A DNA stretch of 64,000 nucleotides from Candidatus Micrarchaeota archaeon (lineage in GTDB: Archaea; Micrarchaeota; Micrarchaeia; Anstonellales; Bilamarchaeaceae), in the NCBI GenBank assembly GCA_043821365.1, contig JBDRCX010000006.1:608001-672000 (forward strand). Direction: 5' to 3'. Below, piece after piece: positions 45,252 to 54,406 of the stretch (positions are counted from its first letter, which is position 1; each line of letters begins with the position of its first letter). Made by a program: the position numbers and the translations under genes. Under the pieces are notes generated by a model. It searched no databases. It had not been told where the DNA came from and saw only the letters and a list, made by a program, of their open reading frames with translations.

Positions 45252-46608
45252 TCGATTTCTTGAATGCCGTTGTATCTAATGTTTTTTCCATCTTTTTTAT
45301 TTTATATCTTAATGATAATAAAAATAATTTTTTCTTTTTATCTAAATGCATTTTTAACTTTTTTACTAGCCTATTATGAATTTTTTTATGGTTTTTAGTA
45401 TCTATTGTTTTCAACTTTTCTTCTTTTGTTCCGTCATTGTAAATAAGAGTGTTCGATCCTTCTCTGATCGCATAAACATTACATCCTAATCCACGTACTT
45501 CGGATATTGCTGGTTCCTCCATGTTTGTGATTATTGTTTTTCCATACCATATTGCTGGTTTCGTTATGCCAACTATATCTAAGATTGTTGGTGAAATATC
45601 AACGAGACTTACAACCTTTTCTACGTCCTTATTACCAAGCCCAAATATGGCAAGTGGGACGTGTAACAATTCCTTACAAAGCATTTTGGTTAAATCTTTC
45701 TTATCGTTAATTGGGTATGCATGGTCATATAGACCATTCTCTCCGAACAATTGGCCATGATCTGATGTTATAATTAGTAAGTAGTCTTCAAGTGCTCCTA
45801 TGCTTTCTAAGTGCCGTATTACGTTAATTATCTCTCTTGTGATCTGCGAAAGTTCATTTTCATATATCTTTTTTAGTATCCCTATATCACTTTCCTCTAT
45901 TTTTTTACACCCATTATTTATTTTTATAAAAATTTGATTTGCTGTTATTGTATCCTCCTTAGTTATTGTTGCATTATGTTGTTTTGTTTTTCTGAACGAG
46001 AATGGACCGTGGGCATCCATATAATGTAAATGCAAATAAATTGGTTTAGCAGTTCTTTTCTTTAATGTCTCCTTTACACGTTTTGTTATTTCTTCAGAAT
46101 TTAAGTAGGGTAATCCTGTTGTTAATTTATAATTTGAAAATTTGTTTATCAAAAATTTTATCTTAAACCAAATCGCGTGTATGTATTTATATAAAACTGG
46201 TAACTTTTTGAATAATAATTGTGCCAGTATTTTTTGTTCTGAGTCAAGACAATGATCTATGTCCTGGTCTGAAGTGACATATGGGATATAAGGATTGTTA
46301 TGTAGTGCGTAAGTTTCATAATCATGTTTTTTTAACTCAGAAACGAGACTCTTCCTAATACAATCTCTGTTGGGGAGGTATTCAATAATTTGTTTGCCAT
46401 CACTGAATTTTATATTTGTTGTCTCATCAGGCATGATGGTGAATTTAGAACACAACATTCCAGTAAAAGAGAATGCAGTTGCTGGTCCAGTTGAATAAGC
46501 ATTTTTGAATACAATTCCGTTACCAAGAGTTTTCTTTATTTTATTTACTAACTGTTCTGAGTAATCATATCTCAAACAATCTATGGTTATTAATATTATA
46601 TTTTTCAT
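45244..46608 (-). CDS. Sulfatase-like alkaline-phosphatase-superfamily hydrolase/transferase
   Basis: NIILITIDCLRYD, STGPATAFSF (no C/S-x-P-x-R motif), HLHYMDAHGP, ITSDHGQ.FGENGLYDH, LHVPL, VSLVDISPTI. Confidence 0.85.
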   Translation of the reverse strand: MKNIILITIDCLRYDYSEQLVNKIKKTLGNGIVFKNAYSTGPATAFSFTGMLCSKFTIMPDETTNIKFSDGKQIIEYLPNRDCIRKSLVSELKKHDYETYALHNNPYIPYVTSDQDIDHCLDSEQKILAQLLFKKLPVLYKYIHAIWFKIKFLINKFSNYKLTTGLPYLNSEEITKRVKETLKKRTAKPIYLHLHYMDAHGPFSFRKTKQHNATITKEDTITANQIFIKINNGCKKIEESDIGILKKIYENELSQITREIINVIRHLESIGALEDYLLIITSDHGQLFGENGLYDHAYPINDKKDLTKMLCKELLHVPLAIFGLGNKDVEKVVSLVDISPTILDIVGITKPAIWYGKTIITNMEEPAISEVRGLGCNVYAIREGSNTLIYNDGTKEEKLKTIDTKNHKKIHNRLVKKLKMHLDKKKKLFLLSLRYKIKKMEKTLDTTAFKKSNV

Positions 46609-46618
46609 ATTGCCTCAT

Positions 46619-47392
46619 CTATTTAGTAATTTTTACAAACAATCCATTAGAATTTTTTTCATTTGAAAAAATATCAAATAATATTGATAACATGTAAAAT
46701 GGATAAAAAATAAGTCCTAAAACCACATAATTTTTCATAAACTTTTCGGTAATTCCAAATAATTTTTCAGTGCTATTGGAGCAATAATATTCGCACGACA
46801 TGAGTTTCAAATTTGTTTTACTACATAATTCTTCCATGGCATCTCTATCGTATCCTACCCTCACATGGCGGTATTTTTTGTATGTTTTTTTGTTTTTTTC
46901 TGATATTGATGGTACTGTCAATAGCAACGTACCATCTCTTTTCAAAACTCTTGATAATTCTCCCAGCACTTGAACATCATCTTGTATATGTTCTAGTACA
47001 TCCGAACAGATTACTGTGTCGAATGAGTTCTCTTTAAGTTTTAGATTGGAAAGATCCATCACTCTAAAGTCTAGATTTTTGTATCTATTGATCTCGTTTG
47101 CCTTTTTTATCAAATCTTCTTGTATGTCCACAGCCAAAACAGTTTGGAACCTTTTTGCAAGGCTGAAAGAATAAATCCCAGAACCACACCCCGCATCTAA
47201 GAGCTGTTTGTCAGATGTTTTTGGTAGATTTGATAGTATTTTTTTTGCCCTGAGTCTAAGACCTATGTGTGGTATTCCTATTAAGTAAAAACCAACCCTA
47301 GTAATTATGCTATTTTTGAATTCTACGTTTTTATCGTCTGCAGTAGTGAACGAAACCCTATCAAACTGTGCAAATACTGATCCAAAAACCAT
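46619..47392 (-). CDS. Class I SAM-dependent methyltransferase
   Basis: LLDAGCGSG, FDTVICSDVLEHI, RVLKRDG.LLLTVP. Confidence 0.9.
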   Translation of the reverse strand: MVFGSVFAQFDRVSFTTADDKNVEFKNSIITRVGFYLIGIPHIGLRLRAKKILSNLPKTSDKQLLDAGCGSGIYSFSLAKRFQTVLAVDIQEDLIKKANEINRYKNLDFRVMDLSNLKLKENSFDTVICSDVLEHIQDDVQVLGELSRVLKRDGTLLLTVPSISEKNKKTYKKYRHVRVGYDRDAMEELCSKTNLKLMSCEYYCSNSTEKLFGITEKFMKNYVVLGLIFYPFYMLSILFDIFSNEKNSNGLFVKITK

Positions 47393-47471
47393 ATCCGTAT
47401 ACCTCTCCTTAAATTAAAAAACCTATCAAAATGAGTAATATCAATTTAATCTTTTCTACTGTCTACTATCT

Positions 47472-49745
47472 ATGCTTAATTTTTTCATTATCACTACCCT
47501 ATCTGCTTCAATTATTGGTGTTGGTTCTTTATTCTATAAACTACTTTTCGGTAGAATTCAAAAACATTGGTTGTCTATTCTAATTGATTATTTTATTTCT
47601 GGTATTTTGGTGCTTATTACGATTTTGTTCATATTTTCTATTTTAGATCTCACTAGTTTTGCTGTGCCATTCTTCTCTCTATATACTGTTTTTGGTTTAA
47701 TTGGTTTTATTTTTCTGTTACTGGATTGTCATAAAAATCCATCTGTATTCAGAACCTTATTTTTAAATATGAAAAATACCACCCCCCAAACAATACTTAG
47801 ATATCTATGCCTTTTATCCTTACTAATATTATTGTTCTGGGTGTTAGTTTTCTATCCAAAGATGAACTGGGATGGTTTCAAATATTACTTAACAGATGCC
47901 CACAACATTCTACGTTCTGATTTTGCGTTTACAAATAATGGGCAGGATGTTTCAGTCATAAACATTCCCGATTTCCAAGTATCATTTGTAACTTCCTCTT
48001 ATTATGCATATTTTCTCAATTTTTTAAATCTCGAACCGTATATCTCTACCTTAGATAAGATAATTTTCTACAATGAAACATTCGGTATTGTTGTATTTTT
48101 CGTACTTGTGGCTCTCCTTGTTAGTGTATACCGTTTGGGACTTGCGTACTTTGATGATTCACGTAAAGCATTATTTGTTATGCTATTCGTAGCTTGTACT
48201 CCTCTTCTGCATCAATACCTAAAATTATATAGTTTATCGAGTGACCTTTTTTTTGTTTTCTTACTTGTTAATTTGGTTTATTATATCAAACAGTATAAAA
48301 TGCAAATAATAGAACATACTATTTACATCGTTGGAATCTTATTTTTACTTACGATAACAAAGATCAATGGTTTGGTTTTTGGCCTCATTTTTCTATTATT
48401 CTTGTCCTTTCCACAAATAAAATTTAATGCAGGTCTAAAAAAATCCATCGCCCTTTTCTGCCTCTTCCTATTGGCAGTTGTACTTACTCTTTTTATCTTT
48501 TTTAATATCCGGTATCCTCTTTTTGTGAGTGAATACTTTTTCCAACCAATTAATTTTGCGATTTTTGTTATTTCCTTTTTGATAATGTCATCTGCTCTAA
48601 TAATTGGTTCTGGGGATGATGGATGGCTGACTCCAGGTAACTTAAAAATAATTCTTTCAGATAAAATCTGTTTTTTTGTAATCGCTTTGTTTATTTTTTT
48701 AACCCTGTTGATTCCTTTATATTACTTTATTGAAACTGGTTCTCCGTTTCTTGGTTATCTAGTTAATCCTAATAATAATATACAAGAAATCAGAGCAGAT
48801 ACTGGTGATTGGCATTTTATTAATGATTTCATGTATGGTATCTTAGGCGCAGGTTATCTTTTTGGATTGTTCTTCATCTTTGTCGTGTTTTACCTAAAAA
48901 AAATCCTAATCAATAGGGAAATCTCACAGCTTTTATCAATGTTTTTATTTATCTACTTAATATGGTTAGTGGTTCTAACTCCCACAAGTATCAGGCATCT
49001 ACTAATTCTTAGTATTCTTGGCCCTTTCCTTATCATTCATATCCTCACAAATCACATTAATAACGATCATCTCAAAGTCGATAACCTCTTATTGTCATTT
49101 CTATTTTTTACTTTTCTTTCAGTTTTTATAGTTTATGTAGATGCTTTTGACTTAGACTTTTTATCTAGCATTAACTGGGTTAGTACTTCTGGTGCGATTA
49201 TATGCGGCATGTACTTTGGAATGGTTCTATCATACTTCATCTTCTATCCTGCTTATCATAAAATTAGTTTGAATCTAAAAAAGGTACTAACTACTGTTCT
49301 TCTGTTCATGTTGATAGGTTTGACATGGTACCTCTCGATCAATATTATTAATAGTGATCATAATTATTATCAAAAAGATGATGGTAGTATATCCTATTAT
49401 CTACAATATGAAGTTTTTGATTATATAAATGAAAACATTCCGTATAATTCATCTATAATTAACTACCGTATCTTTGGAATGGAGCTCTTTACTAATCATA
49501 ATTACAAATATTTTGATCTAAGGAAGCCTACTTTGGCACCCTATGTCGCAGAAATTAATTGCAGTGATAATCTATATATTCTTGAACCAACTGAATTTTC
49601 TATCTGGTACCCTACATGTGCGAAGATATTGGACAACTACCGTCCCGAATTCCTTACTAATAAAACTATCATATATACCTCATCTTCAAACATGTTCCAG
49701 ATTAGCAAGATCTCCTGTGGTGATATAAAAACTTTAAATAATTGA
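47472..49745 (+). CDS. Large polytopic membrane protein, probable GT-C-fold glycosyltransferase
   Basis: More than 15 TM segments, NWDG..YY loop after the first TMs, K.NG and IRH motifs, C-terminal soluble domain; glycosylation context. Confidence 0.55.
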   Translation: MLNFFIITTLSASIIGVGSLFYKLLFGRIQKHWLSILIDYFISGILVLITILFIFSILDLTSFAVPFFSLYTVFGLIGFIFLLLDCHKNPSVFRTLFLNMKNTTPQTILRYLCLLSLLILLFWVLVFYPKMNWDGFKYYLTDAHNILRSDFAFTNNGQDVSVINIPDFQVSFVTSSYYAYFLNFLNLEPYISTLDKIIFYNETFGIVVFFVLVALLVSVYRLGLAYFDDSRKALFVMLFVACTPLLHQYLKLYSLSSDLFFVFLLVNLVYYIKQYKMQIIEHTIYIVGILFLLTITKINGLVFGLIFLLFLSFPQIKFNAGLKKSIALFCLFLLAVVLTLFIFFNIRYPLFVSEYFFQPINFAIFVISFLIMSSALIIGSGDDGWLTPGNLKIILSDKICFFVIALFIFLTLLIPLYYFIETGSPFLGYLVNPNNNIQEIRADTGDWHFINDFMYGILGAGYLFGLFFIFVVFYLKKILINREISQLLSMFLFIYLIWLVVLTPTSIRHLLILSILGPFLIIHILTNHINNDHLKVDNLLLSFLFFTFLSVFIVYVDAFDLDFLSSINWVSTSGAIICGMYFGMVLSYFIFYPAYHKISLNLKKVLTTVLLFMLIGLTWYLSINIINSDHNYYQKDDGSISYYLQYEVFDYINENIPYNSSIINYRIFGMELFTNHNYKYFDLRKPTLAPYVAEINCSDNLYILEPTEFSIWYPTCAKILDNYRPEFLTNKTIIYTSSSNMFQISKISCGDIKTLNN

Positions 49746-49769
49746 TATGCCTATTCTTTTGATATTATT

Positions 49770-50894
49770 ATGAAACCTAGCATTAGATTGATTATGTATT
49801 ATGATTCATCTAATCATAGTGGTATAATAAATAAATTTTATGACACCATAACTATATTAGATTCATTTGATGTTCTTGCTGAGGTAATGGCTAGGAATAT
49901 TGACAAAAGCCGTATTCTCAATCCAGATTCTATTTGTTTTGTGCCGTTTCGTGATGGTTTGTTCTCAGATATTTCAGCATGTTTACATATTTTACTTAAT
50001 AAAAGCGATTTTACTTATATGCAGCTGACTTTTGATACATTTTTCTTTATCCGTTTTTTATGTGCTAAGTTAAGTGGTAGTAAAATTTTGTTGTATATGG
50101 AGGATCCTCTATACGAAGTTATAAAATTAATGCCAACCGAAGTTCTTCATAGGGTGAAATTAAAATTGTTTGCATCAATTGTTGAATTTATTTCGAAATA
50201 TACGGAAATAATTATGCTCTTATTGGCTGACTACATATTTGTTACTTCTCAGAAAATGAAATCTAATTATCTGCGCATGTTTCCAAAAAAGAATAACATA
50301 TACGTTTTGTATAACAATGTACCTTCCAAATCACAAAAACCGAAAGATAAAACCTTTGATCTATTGAGAAATAAGTTCAATTATATCTTCTTATATCTAG
50401 GAATGATTCAACCAAATATCCGTGGCTATGAAAAATTATTGGATATTTTCTCTAAGATTAAGAAGAAGGATAGATGCTTACTTTTTATTGGGCCAGATCT
50501 TTCTCATGGTGCATTCAAAGACTTGGTAACAAAATATGCCCTCTCTGATTATGTTATCCATATTCCACCAGTTAAAAAAGAATATGCTATGTGGTACCTT
50601 ACTCAAGCAGATTTCTTTGTCCTCGGATACCCATCACCAGACTATATACTCCCAAATAAATTTTTTGATTCTTATCATGCTAATTTACCAATGTTGTTAC
50701 CCTGGAATCTGGCTGATGCTAAAAAACTATTTGATGGTTGGGTGATTGCGTATTCTTCAGATGTGGATCTACTAGAAAAATTTGAAAATATCGAATCCTA
50801 TAGTTTATCTAAGAAAAAACTTGACATACCAACTTACCAAAAATCAATTGAAAGATTGTTTACAGAAAAGCTTGGACTGAAAAAAAATCCGTGA
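49770..50894 (+). CDS. GT-B (family 4-like) glycosyltransferase
   Basis: ADYIFVTS, YLGMIQ..RG, LFIGP, PNKFFD...ANLP. Confidence 0.75.
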   Translation: MKPSIRLIMYYDSSNHSGIINKFYDTITILDSFDVLAEVMARNIDKSRILNPDSICFVPFRDGLFSDISACLHILLNKSDFTYMQLTFDTFFFIRFLCAKLSGSKILLYMEDPLYEVIKLMPTEVLHRVKLKLFASIVEFISKYTEIIMLLLADYIFVTSQKMKSNYLRMFPKKNNIYVLYNNVPSKSQKPKDKTFDLLRNKFNYIFLYLGMIQPNIRGYEKLLDIFSKIKKKDRCLLFIGPDLSHGAFKDLVTKYALSDYVIHIPPVKKEYAMWYLTQADFFVLGYPSPDYILPNKFFDSYHANLPMLLPWNLADAKKLFDGWVIAYSSDVDLLEKFENIESYSLSKKKLDIPTYQKSIERLFTEKLGLKKNP

Positions 50895-50908
50895 TTCATA
50901 ATCTATAA

Positions 50909-51985
50909 CTATTGTTGATTTTTCATTAATATATCAACTATTCTTTTACTACTCTTCCCATCGCCGAAAGGGTTCTTCCAATTATTCTTTCTTTCTAACA
51001 TTTCTCGAACTCCTTGTATTATTTTTTGTTCTTCGTGTCCGACAATTATGTTTGCACCTGCTTCGATAGTTTCGGGTCTCTCAGTATTGTCTCTTAATGT
51101 TACACACGGTGTCCCCATTATACAAGCCTCTTCTTGTACTCCTCCAGAATCAGTTAAAATCAGTTTGGCATTTTTTTCTAACATCAAGAAATCCAAGTAC
51201 CCTATTGGTTCAATAATTCCCAGCCTATCTGTCTTAATATGAAATTCTTCAAGCATTTTTTTTGTGCGTGGATGCAGAGGCAACAAAAGCGGGACATTAT
51301 AATAGCTTACAATTTGCTTCAATCCATTAATGATTTTAGTAAGTTTTTCTTTATTGTCAACATTTTCCTGTCTATGCAATGTTGCCAAAAAGTATTCTTT
51401 TGATTTAATATTGTATTTTTCTTGTAATCTATTTCTTTTATCTAGAAGTTCAAAGCAAGAATAGAGCGTGTCTACTATAGTATTCCCAGTCACATAAACA
51501 TTTTTTACTATTCCCTCTTTCATTAGATTTTCCTTTGCTTGAACTGTTGGTGCAAATAAATATTTAGATAGGTGATCAGCCACTATTCTGTTAATCTCCT
51601 CTGGCATACTACGATCATAACTTCTGAGCCCAGCTTCTACGTGTCCTATATCTATTTGTAGTTTGGCTGCTGCAAGCGCACCTGCAAGTACTGTATTTGT
51701 GTCTCCTTGGATTAATACAAGGTCGGGTCTATTTTCTGCAATAATTTTCTCTATACCTATAAGAATTTCTGCTGTTTGTTTTCCATGGGTTCCTGAACCA
51801 GTATCTAGTCTGTAATCTGGTGGTTCCAATCCCAGTTCGTCAAAGAAAACTTTCACCAAACTATTTGAATAATGCTGCCCGGTAAAAATGATACGATATT
51901 CAATATTCTTTCTCTGTAAAGCTCTAATTATAGGATATAGCTTAATAATCTCAGGTCTTGTTCCAATTATTATGTCTATTTTCAT
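50909..51985 (-). CDS. wecB: UDP-N-acetylglucosamine 2-epimerase (non-hydrolysing)
   Basis: GTRPEIIK, TGQHY, QGDTNT, GHVEAGLRS, PEEINR, TLHRQEN, TDSGGVQEEA, TERPE, NPFGDG. Confidence 0.95.
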   Translation of the reverse strand: MKIDIIIGTRPEIIKLYPIIRALQRKNIEYRIIFTGQHYSNSLVKVFFDELGLEPPDYRLDTGSGTHGKQTAEILIGIEKIIAENRPDLVLIQGDTNTVLAGALAAAKLQIDIGHVEAGLRSYDRSMPEEINRIVADHLSKYLFAPTVQAKENLMKEGIVKNVYVTGNTIVDTLYSCFELLDKRNRLQEKYNIKSKEYFLATLHRQENVDNKEKLTKIINGLKQIVSYYNVPLLLPLHPRTKKMLEEFHIKTDRLGIIEPIGYLDFLMLEKNAKLILTDSGGVQEEACIMGTPCVTLRDNTERPETIEAGANIIVGHEEQKIIQGVREMLERKNNWKNPFGDGKSSKRIVDILMKNQQ

Positions 51986-52013
51986 GATATTTAAGCCTCA
52001 ATATTCCTCTCAT

Positions 52014-52802
52014 TCATATCAATTTAGCATCGTTCAACACCAATAAATTTGTTTCGTCATTTAAAAATCTATAAATTGGTGTTATGATCCATCTTGGGAT
52101 TTTTATTTTCGGAAGTGGTGTTCTTAAGATAAGCCATAATCTTATCACTGATAAAAACATCTTCAGTGGTGTCTTGATTATGTCTATTTTGCTTTTCATA
52201 CGGTGATTATACTCTATGTGTTCCTCAGCTATCTTTCCATATTGTTTACTTCTAAATAACAATTCTACATCAAATGCCCATCCTGTCAAACCTAATTTAG
52301 GAATTATTTTGTCAATTACTGTTTTCTTAAAAATTTTCGCACCACATTGTGTGTCTTCTATATCTAAACAAAACAAAGTATTGACCAGAATATTAAAACT
52401 TCTTGATAGGAATATGCGTAATAATGGCATCTTACTTTTTGATCTAGTTCTGAATCTTGACCCTACTATACCTAAGTGGTCTTCCGAATTAATGAGCTTG
52501 TTTATTAATTTTTCATACTCCTTGTATGGTATTGATCCATCTGCATCCACATAACCAACAAACTCGCATTTAGCTTTCTTTAATCCCTCTATTATTGCTC
52601 CTCCTTTTCCCAACCTTTTATTATATTCCAAGACAGTTATTTTGTTATTTTTATTATTATTCGCTACTCTAGCAGTGTTGTCTGTCCCATCACAAATAAC
52701 AACTATCTCTTTTATGCTTTTTATCGAAGAATAATCTTGGATTGTTTTAAGTATGTGGTTTTCTTCATTATGTGCAGGAATTATAAGAGATAGATTACCC
52801 AT
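52014..52802 (-). CDS. GT2 polyprenyl-phosphate glycosyltransferase
   Basis: IIPAHNEE, GKGGA, YVDADG, GSR, DTQCGAKIF, WAFDVELL. Confidence 0.88.
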   Translation of the reverse strand: MGNLSLIIPAHNEENHILKTIQDYSSIKSIKEIVVICDGTDNTARVANNNKNNKITVLEYNKRLGKGGAIIEGLKKAKCEFVGYVDADGSIPYKEYEKLINKLINSEDHLGIVGSRFRTRSKSKMPLLRIFLSRSFNILVNTLFCLDIEDTQCGAKIFKKTVIDKIIPKLGLTGWAFDVELLFRSKQYGKIAEEHIEYNHRMKSKIDIIKTPLKMFLSVIRLWLILRTPLPKIKIPRWIITPIYRFLNDETNLLVLNDAKLI

Positions 52803-54375
52803 CGTATTCGCCTTCTATATGGTATGCAACTAAGCACCCTTCACTTTTATAAATTTCTGCTTGATCGGCAATCCAACTAAAATTTTCTTTATATATTGTA
52901 CAAGTATCAAGTATTACATAAGTTAAATTATTGCTAATTATACAATCAATATTTTTGCAATTGTAAAGTGATTGGTATTCGCCATTCCACCAACTATAAT
53001 CACTCTCTTTTGTAATGAAAATAATTTTTGGATAGCCATCCTTTTTAGCAGGGGTTATCACTCTACCATCTAGCCCAATTGATCTGCTCCAATTGTATGT
53101 CCAGTATGTCCCAGCAGGTAAATATAATGCTTTTTCTGGTACCATCTCTTTGATGTTAAGGTACTCTTCAGGAATTGAAATTGGATGTAATTGGTTTGCT
53201 AATCCAATTATCGGATAGTTGTAAATAATGACTCCGATAATAAACAATGAAAAAACAAATTTCTTCTGCTTAGTTGCTATTGAGCCCAAACCCACAGGCA
53301 ATAAAAATGCATAAAAAAGTGTAATCAATTCAACAAACTTGTTACTATCTCTAAAGCCAGAAAAAAGTGGAACAAAATCAACTGCAAAATTAAATATTGG
53401 CGAAATTGGGCCAAGAGCCAATACAAAACCAATAATGGCTGCAGCAGCTAATCCATATCCAAATATTTTTTCCTCCATAACACCTAGAGTTGACAGGTAA
53501 ATAAACAAAACAACTGCCAAAACAAAAGCAACATACGGCAAAGTGTTATAACTAAGCAAAAGCCCTGCCTCCCTCCAAGAACCAAACTGGGCAGCTGTTT
53601 TCAAAAATACATTAAATGAAATAGAACCACTTGGACTGAAAAAACCAATATCACCTGAATCAATAGAGGAAAAGACAGAAGCCTGAGGAAGAATGAAAAA
53701 TGCTGCAATCCAATATAAATTCAACAAAACAAAAGCCCCAAAAAAATACGGTACAGTCTCAATTATTTTTTTCTGATTTTTCTTATTTAAAAAATAGAAA
53801 AACCCAACCACAAAAAACAAAATAAAATGAAGAACAATCCCATGTATCTGGACAAAAGTTGACAACGTCAAAAATACTGCAGCCAAAATAGCATTATCTC
53901 TATTTGGTTCATCAAAATATTTCTTTGTAAAAAACAAAAACAACGGAGCCAATAAAATATTGAAGACAACTCCAAATTGCCCCATCATTATTCTTTCATA
54001 AACAAATGGAGAGAAACAAAGAATCGCTACTGCCAACAAATACTTCAGTTTGTCTTCTTTAAAAAATAAATAAAGCCCTGCTGATCCACAGGCAAACATC
54101 GATAAAAAGTACAATTTAGAAAAAATTCCAGAAGCCGCATGCCCAAATAACAAAATAAAAGGAACTTGGATAAGAAAATAAGGTATTTTCTTTACAGTTA
54201 TCCAATCTTGAAGAAAAAAATCAGAAAAGTGTTCCAAAGGCCAAAGACTGACGTATCCACCATTCCAATCTAAATAGATAAATTCGCCTGAAGAAAGGAA
54301 AAATTGATAGAGAATAGCAAAACAGGCAATCAAGCCAGGCAGGACTGCCCAAGCAATTTCTTTCCAATTACGCAT
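52795..54375 (-). CDS. Polytopic membrane protein, possible GT-C glycosyltransferase
   Basis: About 13 TMs, YLDW, PFVYER...GQ, FRDSNKF; C-terminal soluble domain. Confidence 0.55.
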   Translation of the reverse strand: MRNWKEIAWAVLPGLIACFAILYQFFLSSGEFIYLDWNGGYVSLWPLEHFSDFFLQDWITVKKIPYFLIQVPFILLFGHAASGIFSKLYFLSMFACGSAGLYLFFKEDKLKYLLAVAILCFSPFVYERIMMGQFGVVFNILLAPLFLFFTKKYFDEPNRDNAILAAVFLTLSTFVQIHGIVLHFILFFVVGFFYFLNKKNQKKIIETVPYFFGAFVLLNLYWIAAFFILPQASVFSSIDSGDIGFFSPSGSISFNVFLKTAAQFGSWREAGLLLSYNTLPYVAFVLAVVLFIYLSTLGVMEEKIFGYGLAAAAIIGFVLALGPISPIFNFAVDFVPLFSGFRDSNKFVELITLFYAFLLPVGLGSIATKQKKFVFSLFIIGVIIYNYPIIGLANQLHPISIPEEYLNIKEMVPEKALYLPAGTYWTYNWSRSIGLDGRVITPAKKDGYPKIIFITKESDYSWWNGEYQSLYNCKNIDCIISNNLTYVILDTCTIYKENFSWIADQAEIYKSEGCLVAYHIEGEYDG

Positions 54376-54406
54376 GTTTTTAATTTATCTTGAATGTTTA
54401 TAATTT

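Noticed and set aside
45244-46608. True formylglycine-dependent sulfatase
   Set aside because: It lacks the C/S-x-P-x-R motif; Thr occupies the nucleophile position.
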